Shown one piece after another: positions 1 to 23,253 of a DNA stretch of 64,000 bases. A program made the position numbers and the translations under genes. Below the pieces are notes generated by a model. It did no database searches. It saw only the letters and a program-made list of their open reading frames with translations, and was not told where the DNA came from. The DNA comes from the human T2T-CHM13v2.0 reference genome, Homo sapiens. The first letter of the stretch is position 1, and every line of letters starts with the position of its first letter. Location: assembly GCF_009914755.1 (NCBI RefSeq), contig NC_060942.1; one strand, written 5' to 3'.

Positions 1-590
1 GCAGCACTATTTACAATAGCTAAGATTTGGAAGCAACCTGAGTGTCCATCAAGAATGGATTAAAAAATGTGGTACATACACACCATGGAGTACTATTCAG
101 CCCTAAAAAAGAATGAGAACCAGTCATCTGCAAGGCCATGGATGGAACTGGAAATCATTGTGTTAAGCAAAATAGCCAGCCACAGAAAGACAAACATCAT
201 ATGTTCTCACTTATTTGTGGGATCTCAAAATCAACCCACTTGAACTCATGAACATAGAGAGAAGGATGATTACCAAAGGCTGGGAAGGATAGTGGGGAGC
301 TAGGGTGAGGTGGGCATTGCTCATGGGTACAAAAAATAATTAGAATGAATGAGAGTCACTATTTGATAGCACAATAGGGTGACAATGGTCAATAATAACA
401 TAATTGTACATTTTAAAATAACTTAAAGTGTAATTAGATTGTTCACAACTCGAAAAATAAATGCTTGAGAGGATGGATGTCCCATTCTTTGTGATGTGAT
501 TATTTAATTTTGTATGTCTGTATCAAAACATCTCATTTATGTTATAAATATATACACCTATGTACCCACAAAAATTAAAAATTAAAAAAT
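1..590 (+). mobile_element. 3' end of an old LINE-1 (L1MA-like) with A-rich tail
   Basis: L1 ORF2 C-terminal/3'UTR motifs (TGGTACATACACACCATGGAGTACTATTCAGC; TGTACCCACAAAAATTAAAAATTAAAA). Its upstream part is visible in the next unit from ~53380. Confidence 0.85.
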
Positions 591-1272
591 TATAAGACAG
601 TTGACTCAATTTGAATTTTGGGTAATGTTATTATTTGTATAAATATCTTCCAATACTTGCTTAAACACATTACACATAAATATGCAAATATTGCTTAGCT
701 ATACTAAAATGTTATTCATTGCTCATCCCAATTTTAAACTTTACTGTGTTCCTTATATTTTCTTTCAGTAAATCTGACACATTCATTTTAAAAGTATCAT
801 AGGATTTACAATAACATAGTACAGATGTGAGGAAAAAAGAATAAAATAAAAATCCTTAGAGGTCATATGGGTTGGTAAGAGTATAAAAGAAAACTGAGTC
901 CCATATGATACATTAAAAACATAAATCAGGATGTACATCTCAGCTCTCACCAGGAGACGTGGCAACCAGAATGTCCTTGGGCTGAGGGTGAAGTCCCTGA
1001 CCACTCTCAGAGACAGACAATGCAAATCAAGTTCATTCTAACTGTGCTTGATTAACCTTCAAAATTGTGTAAGTCCCTAAGCATATATATAATCATGAGT
1101 AGTTGTGGGGAAAATAACACCATTAAATGTACCAAAACAAAAGACCGATCACAAACACTGCCGATGTTTAGATCAGATGTGTGAAGCAAAGAAAGAGAGT
1201 ATAATAAAAAATAATTTAAAGAAAATAGAGCTTGATAAATCTGTTTCTTCATCTTCATAATAATGTCAAATT

Positions 1273-2428
<1,156 letters not shown>

Positions 2429-2436
2429 TAATATAA

Positions 2437-2731
2437 CTTTTTTTTTTTTTTTTAAACAGAGTCTCACTCTGTCACCCAGGCTGGAATGCTGTGGCTAGAT
2501 CTCGGCTCACTGCAACCTCCACCACCCTGGTTCAAGCGATTCCTCTGCCTCAGCCTCCCAAGTAACGGGGATTACAGGTTCCTGCCACCGTGCCTGGCTA
2601 ATTTCTGTATTTTTAGTAGAGAGGGGGTTTCACCATCTTGACTAGGCTGGTCTTAAACTCCTGACCTCGTGATCCACCGGCTCGGCCTCCCAAAGTGCTG
2701 GGATTACAGAAGTGAGCCACCGCGCCCAGCC
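2437..2731 (-). mobile_element. Alu (AluS-like)
   Basis: Poly-T then reverse-complement Alu body ending ...GTGAGCCACCGCGCCCAGCC. Confidence 0.95.
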
Positions 2732-3656
2732 AACGTTTCTTTTTTAAAGTGTGCAAGCTCTTTGACCATCATGTCTCTGTGCATCACTGCAATAAGATAA
2801 CCAGAGCAACTGTTTCCACCGTGGAGTTGGGAGGAGATAAAGACACATCCTTTGTGCTTTGGGCGCTCTTATCAGGATCAGGGAGGCCCCTGCCCTCTGA
2901 TTTTCTCTCTCTTAAATGTACAAAGTACAGAGATTTTTATCATGAATAATTTTAAGAGAAATTAAAAATTCTATATTGTTCAAGGACATGCAGGTTTTCT
3001 ATTGATCATGTTTCCTCTTGATATTATTAGGCCCTGGCCAGCCGCAAATGAACAATCTCTATCATCAACATTGTGTTCCTTTGCGTTTTAACCTTTCCTG
3101 ATTCCATTCTCTCTACCTTTTATTTTGAAGAAGCATAGACACCAGAAAACCCTATCCCTACCAAATGCCAAAAAAAAAAACCCTAAAATTGTAAATATTA
3201 ACATTTACAAGTCACATTTGGGAATATATAATTTAATTAGAAAATTACAATTTTAAACTTTCAGAGGAAGTGGTAGTAATATAAAACAGAGGACATTTTT
3301 ATAATAAGGAACTCTTATATTTTGCAAATTATTATTCTCTCATCACCAAATAGTGCTACCTAAAGTAATATACAACCAATTTAATAAGTTTAGTTTTAAA
3401 AAACACAAAATTACAAAACAATTAATACAATATTTGAAATTATGATGCATATTGCCAGCCTCCCTTCAGGTAAAATTCTATTAACTCTACAAAAATTTTC
3501 TAAATGGCAGATGTTACATTTCCAGAAAGCTTTGTGGTAACCAAAAAAGAATTGATTTATTAGCAATTTTTATATCACACTGAGACAAAATATTATTTGT
3601 GATAAATATTGTTATGTATTTAAAACATCTCATGTATTAAGAAATCATACTTTAGA

Positions 3657-8155
<4,499 letters not shown>

Positions 8156-9429
8156 TACATAAATGCATAAAGTCTAGAACAGCTAATATATTATAATGAA
8201 ATATCAACTATAATCCCAGCTCAAACAGAACACCATGAAATTATGAAGGGCTTTCCACAAATCTCTAAATTTATGTCTTCATAAGATTACATTTCTATTT
8301 CTTCTTGAATAATTTCCTTATTTGAGCTATGATTTAGTGATAGTAAGACGGTAATTATAAGGAGAAACTTCTCCCAACACTCCATTGAGAAAATTCTGCC
8401 TCATTTCACCACACACCAGAGTCTTAAGCAGTCACTTCTAATGTAGCTGAACAATAGATCCTCACCCACCTGAGTCTATGAATTGAATCAACATATGTGA
8501 GATAAGGCCCCCAAGGAGTGGTAGTAAGCTGGGAATGCCATCAGCTCATCTTCCTTCAGGCCTATATTTGTCATTGTCACTTGTAGAAGCAGGACAGCCC
8601 TGGCGTTGGGGTTGTTAGAAACAGAGAGTATCAAAGGGAAAACTGAAGTTCCCTAATTTTGGAAAACAGCAGATTGGAGACAGATGGGCTCCAGCGTTTT
8701 CCATGTGTGAGGTCATTATCCCAGGTAGCCTTGCTCAGGACCTCAGGACCCACATTTCTTGTCAGCAAAACAGAAGTCAAATGATATTTCTACCTTCCAA
8801 GAGAATAGAACATAATGTCAGATTTTCTCATGGATTCCCACAAGTTCAAGAAACTTTCATGGCCTTATTTAACTGCTTAAGCATTTCAACTAAAAAATTG
8901 TCTTTCAAATACACAGGAATCTATTTGGAATAATTTTAACCAGAAAAAGTTGGAATTCTAAGTAAAAAATGCATAAGGCAATCAAAATTTTTTACAGCTT
9001 TTAATTTAGATGTCAATGGGGAAAAAAACATTCTCTGAAATTTGCTTTTATACCATTAAAGACTTATTTTTTACTACCAGCAATACAGGGCAAACTCATT
9101 CAGGTTGAATCTTGAAGGTAAACTTTAACTTAATTTTAAGTTTTGGCTAATTTTTAAGCATTTATCAATCACCTACCATGATTTCATCTCAGAAACCAAA
9201 TCTCAATTTCATTTAGGCCTTGAAATATTAAAACAGAAGGTTAAATGCTTCAAAAAAATATTCATGTAGAGGCTTATATATGTGGACCAGGAATCTCCCT
9301 GTATTACAAAGCTTATGAGAACATAACAAATGTTGATACACACATTTAATTCTAAAATAAAAACTTACAACAAATAAACTGTAACAAATCAAGAAAATTT
9401 TGTAGGTTTCACATTTTATGTCTGAAAAT

Positions 9430-11678
9430 ATAGGTATAACACTCAAGGAAGGATAAAAGATATCACAAGAGAAAATAGAAAATATCTAGAGACAAATTAA
9501 AAATATGAAATACTGAAAGAGATACATCAAAACAATACCATAAGGGAAAAATTTATAGCTATAAATGATAAAAAATAAGATACCGAATAAACAACTTTAC
9601 TCCTAAGGAACTAGAAACAGAGGGAAAAAGAGGGACTACTAAAAGAGGGACAACTAAAAGCTAGCAAAATTTTAAAAATGATAAAGACAGCAGTGGAAAT
9701 AAGTGAAATAGAGAAGAGAAAAACAATATGAAAAATCAACAAAACCAAGTTTGTTCTCTGAAAAAGATCAAAACTGACAAAATTTTATCTAGATTGACTA
9801 AGGAAAAAAAGGGAATACTCAAATTACTAAACTCAAAAATAAAATGGGTACATTACTAACAAATTTTTGGAGTAAAAAAAGGATGTATGAGAGTACCATA
9901 AGGAACTATACACTAAAAAATTGAATAACCTAAATAAAATGAACAAATTCCTAGAAACAAAAAACCTACTAAGACTGAATCAGAAAAGTTGAATAAACCT
10001 ATTCAGCAAGGAGATTCACCAAGAAGATGACATCAGTAATCAAAAACCCAGCAACAAAGAAAAGCCTGGACAAGATGGCTTCACTGTTGAAATCTACCCA
10101 ACGTTTAAAGCAGAATTAACACCAGTTTTTCTCAAACTTTTTCAAAACGTTGAAGAGGAGGTAACATTTTCTAACATATTCTATGCAGACAGTATTACCC
10201 CGACACCAAGTCAGACAAAGGCACCATAAGAAAACTACAAACAAACATCCCTTACAAATGCTGATGCAAAAATCCTCAACAAAATACCAGCAATTCAAAT
10301 TTAGCAGTACATTAAAAGGATTATACACTATGAATGAGTATAATTGACTCCTGAAATAAAAGTATGTTCCAACACATGAAAATCAGCATATCACATTAAC
10401 ATAAAGAAGGAAAAAACCCTCATGTGATCATCTTAATCAAAGAAGAAAAAGAATTTGTCAAAATTTAACCCACATTCATGATAAAATATACTTAATAAGC
10501 TATAAAAAGGAATAAAACACCTTAACATAAGGTTATATTAAAAAAATACACAGCTAACATTATAATGAAAGACTGAAAGCTTTTACCCTAAGAGCAAAAT
10601 CAAGGATGCCTGCTTTTACTACTTCTATTTAATATAGTACTGAAGGTTCTAGTTAGTTAAAACAATAAGGCAAGTAAAACAATAAAACATATTCCAATTT
10701 TTAAAAAAGTAAAATTTTCTGTTCGCAGATGACATAACCTTGTATATTAAAAATCTTTTAGTTTCTGTGAGATAAACTATCAGATGCAATAAATAACATT
10801 CAGCAAAACTGCAGGATACAAAATCAACACACAAAAATCGGTCGTATTTCTACAATAACAAACCATCTGAAGAAGAAATCAAGACAACAGTATCATTTAT
10901 GATAGCATCAAAAGAATAAAATACTTAGAAACCAATTTAACCAAGGAAATGAGAAACCTGTACAGCAAAAGTATAAACATTGCAGGAAAGTATTAAAGAT
11001 AACACAAATAAATGAAAAGACATCATGTGTTTATGGACTGGAAGACAAAACCTCATCAAGATTCCATTGTTATCAATAGTCATCTACAGATTCAATAAAA
11101 TCACTATAAAGATTCCAATATTTGCAAAAATACAAAAACCTATTCTAAAATTCAGATGAAATCTCAAAAAACCCCAAGTAGCCAAATCAATCTTAAAAAC
11201 TAACAAAATTAGAGGACTAACACCTCCTGGTTTCAAACTTACTGCAATGCTTCAGTACCCAAAACAATGCTGTACCACCATAGAGACAGACATAAAGACC
11301 AATGCAATAGAAATAAAGAACCAAAAAACACAGTCATGATTTTTAACAAGGGAGTCAAAACTATGGGGAAAGGACAGTATATTTTTAAACGGTGTTAAGA
11401 ATGAATATTTACATGGAAAACAATACAGTTGGAGCCTTATTTTACACCATATAAAAAACTTAATTTAAAATGGACTAAACATCTAATTGTAAGAGCTAAA
11501 ACTATAAAACCCTTAGAAGAAACATAGGAAAAATGTTTCATAACATAGAATCTGGCAATAATTTCTTGGATATGACAGTGAAAGCACAGACAACAACAAC
11601 ACCAAAAATACATAAAAAGAACTTCATCAAAGTGACAAGCTGTTATGTATCTGAAGACACAATCAATAGATTGAAAAT
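9430..11678 (+). mobile_element. Old L1M ORF2 remnant, left part (interrupted by the young L1)
   Basis: Degenerate ORF2 motifs (GATGCAAAAATCCTCAACAAAATAC; TTCGCAGATGACATAACC; GGATACAAAATCAACACACAAAAATC). Confidence 0.85.
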
Positions 11679-11919
11679 GGAATAGGAACAGCTCTGGTCT
11701 ACAGCTCCCAGCGTGAGCGATGCAGAAGACGGGTGATTTCTGCTTTTCCATCTGAGGTACTGGGTTCATCTCACTAGGGAGTGCCAGACAGTGGGCGCAG
11801 GTCAGTGGGTGCACGAACCGTGCACAAGCCGAAGCAGGGTGAGGCATTGCCTCACTCGGGAAGCGCAAGGGGTCAGGGAGTTCCCTTTCCTAGTCAAAGA
11901 AAGGGGTGACAGACAGCAC

Positions 11920-12111
11920 CTAGAAAATCGGGTCACTCCCACCCGAATACTGTGCTTTTCTGACGGGCTTAAAAAAACGGCGCACCATGAGATTATATCC
12001 CACACCTGGCTGGGAGGGTCGTACGCCCATGGAGTCTCGCTGATCGCTAGCACAACCGTCTGAGATCAAACTGCAAGGTGGCAGCGAGGCTGGGGGAGGG
12101 GTGCCCGCCAT
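11920..12111 (-). CDS. L1 antisense ORF0, 63 aa with frameshifted C-terminus
   Basis: MAGTPPPASLPPCSLISDGCASDQRDSMGVRPSQPGVGYNLMVRRF matches primate ORF0. An A-run length change at ~11971-11977 shifts the frame after VRRF. Confidence 0.7.
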   Translation of the reverse strand: MAGTPPPASLPPCSLISDGCASDQRDSMGVRPSQPGVGYNLMVRRFFKPVRKAQYSGGSDPIF

Positions 12112-12560
12112 TGCCCAGGCTTGCTTAGGTAAACAAAGCAGCCAGGAAGCTCGAACTGGGTGGAGCCCACCACAGCTCAAGGAGGCCTGCCTGCCTCTGT
12201 AGGCTCCACCTCTGGGGGCAGAGCACAGACAAACAAAAAGCAGTAACCTCTGCAGACTTAAATGTCCCTCTCTGACAGCTTTGAAGAGAGCCGTGGTTCT
12301 CCAGTACACAGCTGGAGATCTGAGAATGGGCAGACTGCCTCCTCAAGTGGGTCCCTGACTCCTGACCCCTGAGCAGCCTAACTGGGAGGCACCCCCCAGC
12401 AGGGCACACTGACACCTCACATGGCAGGGTACTCCAACAGACCTGCAGCTGAGGGTCCTGTCTGTTAGAAGGAAAACTAACAAACAGAAAGGACATCCAC
12501 ACCAAAAACCCATCTGTACATCACCGTCATCAAAGACCAAAAGTAGATAAAACCACAAAG

Positions 12561-13577
12561 ACGGGGAAAAAACAGAACAGAAAAACTGGAAACTCTAAAA
12601 AGCAGAGCGCCTCTCCTCCTCCAAAGGAATGCAGTTCCTCACCAGCAATGGAACAAAGCTGGATGGAGAATGACTTTGATGAACTGAGAGAAGAAGGCTT
12701 CAGACGATCAAATTACTCTGAGCTACGGGAGGACATTCAAACCAAAGGCAAAGAAGTTGAAAACTTTGAAAAAAATTTAGAAGAATGTATAACTAGAATA
12801 ACCAATACAGAGAAGTGCTTAAAGGAGCTGATGGAGCTGAAAACCAAGGCTCGAGAACTACGTGAAGAATGCAGAAGGCTCAGGAGCCGATGCGATCAAC
12901 TGGAAGAAAGGGTATCAGCGATGCAAGATGAAATGAATGAAATGAAGCGAGAAGGGAAGTTTAGAGAAAAAAGAATAAAAAGAAATGAGCAAAGCCTCCA
13001 AGAAATATGGGACTATGTGAAAAGAACAAATCTACGTCTGATTGGTGTACCTGAAAGTGACAGGGAGAATGGAACCAAGTTGGAAAACACTCTGCAGGAT
13101 ATTATCCAGGAGAACTTCCCCAATCTAGCAAGGCAGGCCAACATTCAGATTCAGGAAATACAGAGAACACCACAAAGATACTCCTCGAGAAGAGCAACTC
13201 CAAGACACATAATTGTCAGATTCACCAAAGTTGAAATGAAGGAAAAAATGTTAAAGGCAGCCAGAGAGAAAGGTCGGGTTACCCTCAAAGGGGAGCCCAT
13301 CAGACTAACAGCTGATCTCTCAACAGAAACCCTACAAGCCAGAAGAGAGTGGGGGCCAATATTCAACATTCTTAAAGAAAAGAATTTTCAACCCAGAATT
13401 TCATATCCAGCCAAACTAAGCTTCATCAGTGAGGGAGAAATAAAATATTTTACAGACAAGCAAATGCTGAGAGATTTTGTCACCACCAGGCCTGCCCTAA
13501 AACAGCTCCTGAAGGAAGCACTAAACATGGAAAGGAACAACCGGTACCAGCCACTGCAAAATCATGCCAAAATGTAA
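12561..13577 (+). CDS. L1 ORF1p; reading frame open for 338 codons but canonical ATG is ACG; first ATG at 12648 (309 aa)
   Basis: CCACAAAG ACG GGG AAA AAA CAG at 12561, no stop until TAA at 13575-13577. Coiled coil, RRM and CTD motifs present ([20 protein letters not shown]). Confidence 0.85.
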   Translation, partial: TGKKQNRKTGNSKKQSASPPPKECSSSPAMEQSWMENDFDELREEGFRRSNYSELREDIQTKGKEVENFEKNLEECITRITNTEKCLKELMELKTKARELREECRRLRSRCDQLEERVSAMQDEMNEMKREGKFREKRIKRNEQSLQEIWDYVKRTNLRLIGVPESDRENGTKLENTLQDIIQENFPNLARQANIQIQEIQRTPQRYSSRRATPRHIIVRFTKVEMKEKMLKAAREKGRVTLKGEPIRLTADLSTETLQARREWGPIFNILKEKNFQPRISYPAKLSFISEGEIKYFTDKQMLRDFVTTRPALKQLLKEALNMERNNRYQPLQNHAKM

Positions 13578-13640
13578 AGACCATCGAGACTAGGAAGAAA
13601 CTGCATCAACTAACGAGCAAAATAACCAGCTAACATCATC

Positions 13641-17469
<3,829 letters not shown>

Positions 17470-17758
17470 ACAATGAGATCACATGGACACAGGAAGGGGA
17501 ACATCACACTCTGGGGACTGTTGTGGGGTGGGGGGAGGGGGGAGGGATAGCATTGGGAGATATACCTAATGCTAGATGACCAGTTAGTGGGTGCAGTGCA
17601 CCAGCGTGGCACATGTATACATATGTAAATAACCTGCACAATGTGCACATGTACCCTAAAACTTAAAGTATAATAATAAAAGAAAAAATATATATATAAC
17701 ATAAAAAATAATAAATAAATAAATAAATTTTTAAAAATTAAAAAAATAGATTAAAAAT

Positions 17759-18650
17759 AAATTCATGAAGGGAAAGAAAATATTCACACATTATGTATTT
17801 GGTAAGTAATTAATATCCGGGCTATATAAAGACCTCAGCAACAACAACAAAACAATCAAATTTAAACATGAGCAAAGGTTTTAAAATACACATTTCTCTA
17901 AAGAAGATATGCAAATGACCAGTAAGCACAGGATAAGGTGCTCAGCATCACTAATCATGAGAAAAAAGTAAATCCAAACCACAATGCAATACCAACTGAC
18001 ACATGTAAGCATAGCTGCCATCAAAAAAACCCCACCAGCAAAGCAAAACAACAAAGCCCCAGAGAACAGCAAATGCTGGATGTGGAGAAGTCAGGACTCC
18101 TGCACACTGCTGGTGGGAAAGTAAGATGGCACAGCCACTGTGGAAAACAGTAATCACCATATGATCCAGTAATCCCACATCTGGGTATATACCCCAAAAA
18201 ACTGAAAGTGGGAATTTGTACACCCATGTTTATAGCAGCATTCACAAGAGCCAAAGGGTAGAAAAAGCCCAAATCTCCATCTACAGATGAATGGATAAGC
18301 AAATATGATTGATACACACAATATTATTCAGCCTTAAAAAGAAAAGAAATTCTAATACATGCTACAACATAAACCTTGAAAACATTAAAACAAAAAAATG
18401 CAAATACTCCATGCTTTCCACTTTTATAGTGTACCTAGAGCAGTTAAATTCATAGACACAGAAAGTAGGATGTGGTTTCCAGGGGATGGGGGGAAGGGAA
18501 AGGGGAGCTATTGTTCCGTGGATACAGAGTTTCACTTTGGGATGATAACACAGGTTTGGAATGGATACTGGTGATAGTTGCACAACAATGTATTTCTACT
18601 TAATGTACTTAAATTTTCTCTTATACATATTTCACCACAGAAAAAAAATT
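17759..18650 (+). mobile_element. Old L1M remnant, right part (ORF2 end and 3'UTR)
   Basis: Continues the element broken at 11678: CATTTCTCTAAAGAAGATATGCAAATG, ATCCAGTAATCCCACATCTGGGTATATACCC, L1MB-like 3'UTR. Confidence 0.8.
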
Positions 18651-20890
18651 AGCAAATATTTAAAAATCTACATGTTTCTTTGAACTGTTTCTTTACGTCC
18701 CTTGTCCATTTTTCAATTTGGCTGTTGGTCTTTTAATAATTTAGGATAGCTATATAGCTATATATATACATATATATTACACAAATTAGCTTTTTGTCTG
18801 TCATGTATGTTGCAGATCTGTTTCCCCAGTCTGTTGACTTTTGACTTTGATGCATTTTTCTTGCCTATAAAGTTTTAATTTTTATGGAGTCAAATGCATC
18901 AGTCTTCTATTCAAAGACTTATTTATGGGTTTGGTGTTTCAGTTTAGGATGAAAAAGAAGTTGTAGATATGGATAAAGGAGATGGTTGTACAACACATTA
19001 TATTGGACCACTCAACTGTACGTTTAAACATGGTTAAAATGGTAAGTTTTATGTTGTATATATTTTACCACCAAAAAAGGGCCAGGCTTAGATATTTATA
19101 TGTTAGGGGTTTGGAGTACCTCTAACATTTATTCCCCTACAGGGCTCTAATTTATAAAACTCCCACACAAGAAAAGTAGATACTGACTTCACAAATCTCC
19201 TTACAAGTCCCACAGCAAGGGCTGTCTGGGAAAGCAGAGGTGGAAAAAGTCACATAAACTTGAGATCAGTGTGAGACCTCCCATCCCCCACTCTGGAATC
19301 AGATGGAGGAAGGCAGGCATGCAGGCTGAGCTGGAGAGATGAGCTGGGGTGGGCAGAACTGTCTTCCCATGAGCCTAGACCTTAAGTGCTCCCACATGAT
19401 CTCAGGCATGTATCAAACCAAGAAAGCGGCTAGGAGGGCAACACATCTACCTGTATACAGGGAGCTATGAAATACGTGAGCTGCGCAAGTGATGCACAAG
19501 GAAACGGAAGCAGTATGACCTTTACACAGTGACCTGGCTCAAATAATTTCAGGCTGTCATTAACCAGGCGAGCTCCACTTTCTCTCTGAGGTAGGTAAAA
19601 TTGAGGGGGTAAAGTGGGAGTTGGGGAAAATGGAAAAGAAAGCCTGGTAGTATTTCTTCTAACTCTGTCATAAATAAAAAGTAAAACATAGATGCCATTT
19701 CTCAGGGCCCAAATGTTAGGTGAAAAAATGTTTGTCATCTCAGTCATGTGATGTGGACTTCAGCAGAGCAGTACACACATGGTCATTTATCCTTTCCCTC
19801 TGCATGTTGTGTGCTTTTTCAGTTTATAATGTACCTGATCCACTTGTCTCATCACACTAGCTGCAAACAAGGCCACTGAATGTCACAGCAGGTGGCCGGC
19901 ATGTCTGTGAAGGGCAGAAACTGGGGCAGCCAAACAGCTGGCAGAGGCCAGCTAGGAAGTACCTGATGCCCACTCCATAGAGGACTCCACACTTAAAAGA
20001 CAAGATCAGCAAGTGTCAGGCTGCCTCACTAGTTATCCCCCCAAATAAAAAAATAAAAGTAACCCCTCCAGGGAACGTGTATGTGTACACACAAAAGTAC
20101 ATGCACACAGCTATATGCAAATGGGAAAGGCTTGGAAGGAACCAAATCCACCTCTGAACACCAGTTACTTGTGGGGAAGGGGCAGGTGAAGCCAACTGTC
20201 AGCATTACTCACCTTTTCAACTGATGAGCTTACATCAATTTTGGCAATTTCTCATAAAAAGGCAATTTTCACTCCTTGGGTGATCACCCAGGTCCTGCAG
20301 AACTGAGCCACCAACAACCACCTGCACCACTTCCCATGAGGCCAAATAATGGCTTCCCTCAAAGCTCAGCCCTCCCACCCACCTCCCAGTCCTCTCCCAT
20401 GCAGGGGGCTGCCGGCCTCCTGGGGTACAGGGGTCCAGGCCAAACCCAATCCACGCATGGTTGGTGAAACCAGCACGTATCCAAGGGCCTTTCCCCCACC
20501 TGGGCCATGTGCCCACTGCATAGATAGGCCTGTGCTTGCTCCCCTAGGACAGAGACTCCCTTTTCTTCCATTGGAATGAGGAGTGGGGAGATTTAATGGT
20601 GTCCTGTACAGGTTGGGTGTTAATCTGATGTGGTGCTCTTGGAGAAGCTTGCTTGAGTTCGGCGCTTTCTCAGCACGTGGTGTGTGCTGCCCCTTCAAGC
20701 TGCAGGAGTCCCAGAAAGTAAGTGCTGCTGCAACCCCCATTTACTGGTGAACAGAGGTCAGGTGATCTGCAGCCAACCAAGCAGCTGCTAAGTGGCCAAC
20801 AGGCTGGATCTGCATCTAACTTGCAGAGGCCCTGCCTGGATGCTGGGGCTGTCCTGAGACTCCCTCCTCCTCCTCCTCTTCCCTCCACAG

Positions 20891-23096
20891 CTCTCCTGGC
20901 TTCTATCCAAAGCTGTGTTCCAGGTGGGGAACACCTATGGATGCACCAGGGTGCAACTACTCAGAGTCCAGTGTGCAGAAGGGCCCCTGCTCTATGCTGT
21001 TTCCGTATCCAAGCCCAAGCTCTTCTAGAGCTTCAGCAAATCCAAGCCTCCCTGAATTCCCTGCAAGACCAAACTGAGCCCTACAACCCCCACCACTCTG
21101 GTTAGCTGCCAGTCCCAGCCCCTGTTCCCTCCTGGGCCCCTGTCTGTACAGTTCTGAAGTCCTACAAGAATGTTGAGATCCTAAGCCGACTCTCACCCAA
21201 AGAGGTAAACAACCAGGGGCCTCCAGGTTGAGAGAATATACCCAGACAGGTTCTGCTGCCTGTAGGCTTGATGTCTTTCCCCTACAACACGCCTTGCTTG
21301 CCAGGCTGGAAGAGGGGCTCCAGAAACTTGGGAAACCTGGGCCTGTAGCTGGCATGTGGAAAAGAGGCCTGGAAAAGCACCATTCCTGTCCATGAAGCCC
21401 CCAGATGGAACCAGGTAATTGGGAAATACATGGGCACCAAGCCTGAACCCCCCTCAGACCCAGGTGGGAACTGCAGTGGTGACTTGCCCCCTCTGCCAGT
21501 CTGGCTGTACCACTACAGGAGGGAGGAACATCTAGCCCCACGCGTGAGTGGAGACACCAGGTGTGGGCAGGTTCCAGTGGTTGCTGCAGCTGAACCTTCC
21601 TAACCAGGTCCATGCGAGACCATCTCAGATGGGTGTGCACCTGGGTTGGGCAAGGACACCCCTCAGACAGTGAGAGCCACTGAGGAGGGCTGTCACAGAG
21701 GCCCCTTTTCCTGCTCTTAGAACAGGTTGGGCGAGTATGGGGGAGTGTGGGGGAGTATGGGGGAGTATGGGGGACCTCTCCCACCTCCCAGCTGCTTCCA
21801 GGAGCCACTTCTTTCGAGATGAGACTCTCCTGCCTGCCTGTTCCCATTTGGCTGCAATAGACCATTGACAACATTCAGAGAACAAGAAGGGGCCTCACCT
21901 GTTTTCCCTGACACGTAGGAGGCAGATGGGCATTCCCAGGGGACCTGGGGTAGAGCCTGTTCATCTGCCCACCCCCAGGCTATGCTGGCTTCATCTTATC
22001 TGTGCGATAGGGCTGGGGGTGGGGGTGGGAATTACCAGGAGACCATCACACAGGCCGTGGACAAGTTCTACAAGAGCCAGGGAGAAGAACACTGTCCGTG
22101 CATGCGTCCCAGCACCCAGCTCACACATCTCTCATTTGACAGCTTCCCCAAAGCAGGCTTTGCAGTCCAGGCTCCCCAAGAAGCCAGGGGAGGAGACTCT
22201 GCCAGGCTGAAGGGTCTGTCCCCAAAGGTGCCACCCTCACCAGGCTCATCCTGACAATCTTGGATTATTTTTGCCCTGAAGTTTTGGAGTGGGGGACAGG
22301 GAGAGAGCAGACAGTACTCATTAGCCACCTTTCCAGAGAGCATCAGCCCTCCAGACTGGGGCAGGTCAGACCTCCACTCAGGCATTTTTCTCACTGGTTG
22401 CCAGTTGGGGGAAGCAGTATTTGTGAGCACCTGCCTGTCTCCCCAGGTCCTGTTCAGAAACCCCATCTGTGCCTTTGGAGGGACTGCCCTGCGCACACAG
22501 GCCCAGCAACCACCATCTACGGCCCCCAGGACCTAATCCCCTTCTACTTGGGATTCAGTGCATGTTAGCAGACACTGGGCTTGATTCCTGCCTAGTCCCT
22601 GCCAGATATCCCATGCCCACCTCATTAAGAGAATGAGGCCACACAAACACACCCAGGCCATCGTGATGATGGAGTGCCTGGGGTCCCACTTGCCCACCCT
22701 TCATTGCTGGTTCAGAGCCAGCTCTGACCACATTCCTACCCTGAGATGGGACTCTGGGGACATTGTCCACCAGGGTCACTGACCCCTTTTAACGTTCCAG
22801 AAACATGGCCAGCTGGTCCCCTAGAAGTTTGGTATATGGGATAAGCCAAGGCTTGCCTTCAGCAACAGGTTTTCCACCACATCACTGCCCAAGGCCCAGG
22901 GCATCACCAAGTTCATGTGAAGCCTGCCTGCCATGTCCACAGCCCATACCGACCCCTCCTGGAGCCACTGGAATGCTTGTTCCTGGGCATGTGATGAACC
23001 CAGACAGCTTCCGCCTTGCAGGACAACTATGCGCATCTGGCAGCAGTAGCCAGAGGGCCCATAGAAAGAAGATGGAGGCAAAACCAGATGCTGTGA
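20891..23096 (+). pseudogene. Unprocessed FAM166A (CIMIP2A) pseudogene, six recognisable exons
   Basis: Manual translation gives FAM166A-like peptides in order, most after AG acceptors: FQVGNTYGCT..SVQKGPCSML..QDQTEPYNPHH (20891-21101); [49 protein letters not shown] (21152-21414); LYHYRREE..LQLNLPN (~21505-21628); GYAGFI..NYQETITQAVDKFYKSQ (21979-22080); LFRNPIC..IYGPQDLIPFYLGF (22447-22563); LQDNYA (~23010-23096). Has stops, frameshifts and dead donors (AT at 21629, GG at 22081). Confidence 0.85.
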
Positions 23097-23102
23097 GAAT
23101 AC

Positions 23103-23108
23103 TTTATT
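23103..23108 (-). terminator. AATAAA polyadenylation signal of the tubulin gene
   Basis: TTTATT on the + strand ~145 nt past the tubulin stop codon. Confidence 0.75.
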
Positions 23109-23253
23109 AGTCAAAACCGCATACTATAAAAATGCTTTAAAACGCAGCAGGAGATGTGAAGACACAAATTAACAAGCGTATAGTGACACATGGCTGTCAG
23201 AACACAGTAAAGAATCCACACTGCTTCCCCCCTTTACCTAGAAAAGGAGAGTT

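Noticed and set aside
21730-21775. Short (GGGGGAGTAT)-type 10-bp repeat with G-quadruplex potential
   Set aside because: Only about four copies in a pseudogene intron, with nothing to indicate function.
20957-21874. 305-aa minus-strand ORF and neighbouring GC-rich ORFs
   Set aside because: Antisense to the FAM166A pseudogene, no recognisable domain, and expected by chance in GC-rich DNA.
22068-22110. Minus-strand peptide GQCSSPWLL resembling IL9R (GQGSSPWLL), whose pseudogenes occur in subtelomeres
   Set aside because: Short match ending in a stop, with no other IL9R exon found. The same bases are explained by a FAM166A exon end and intron on the + strand.
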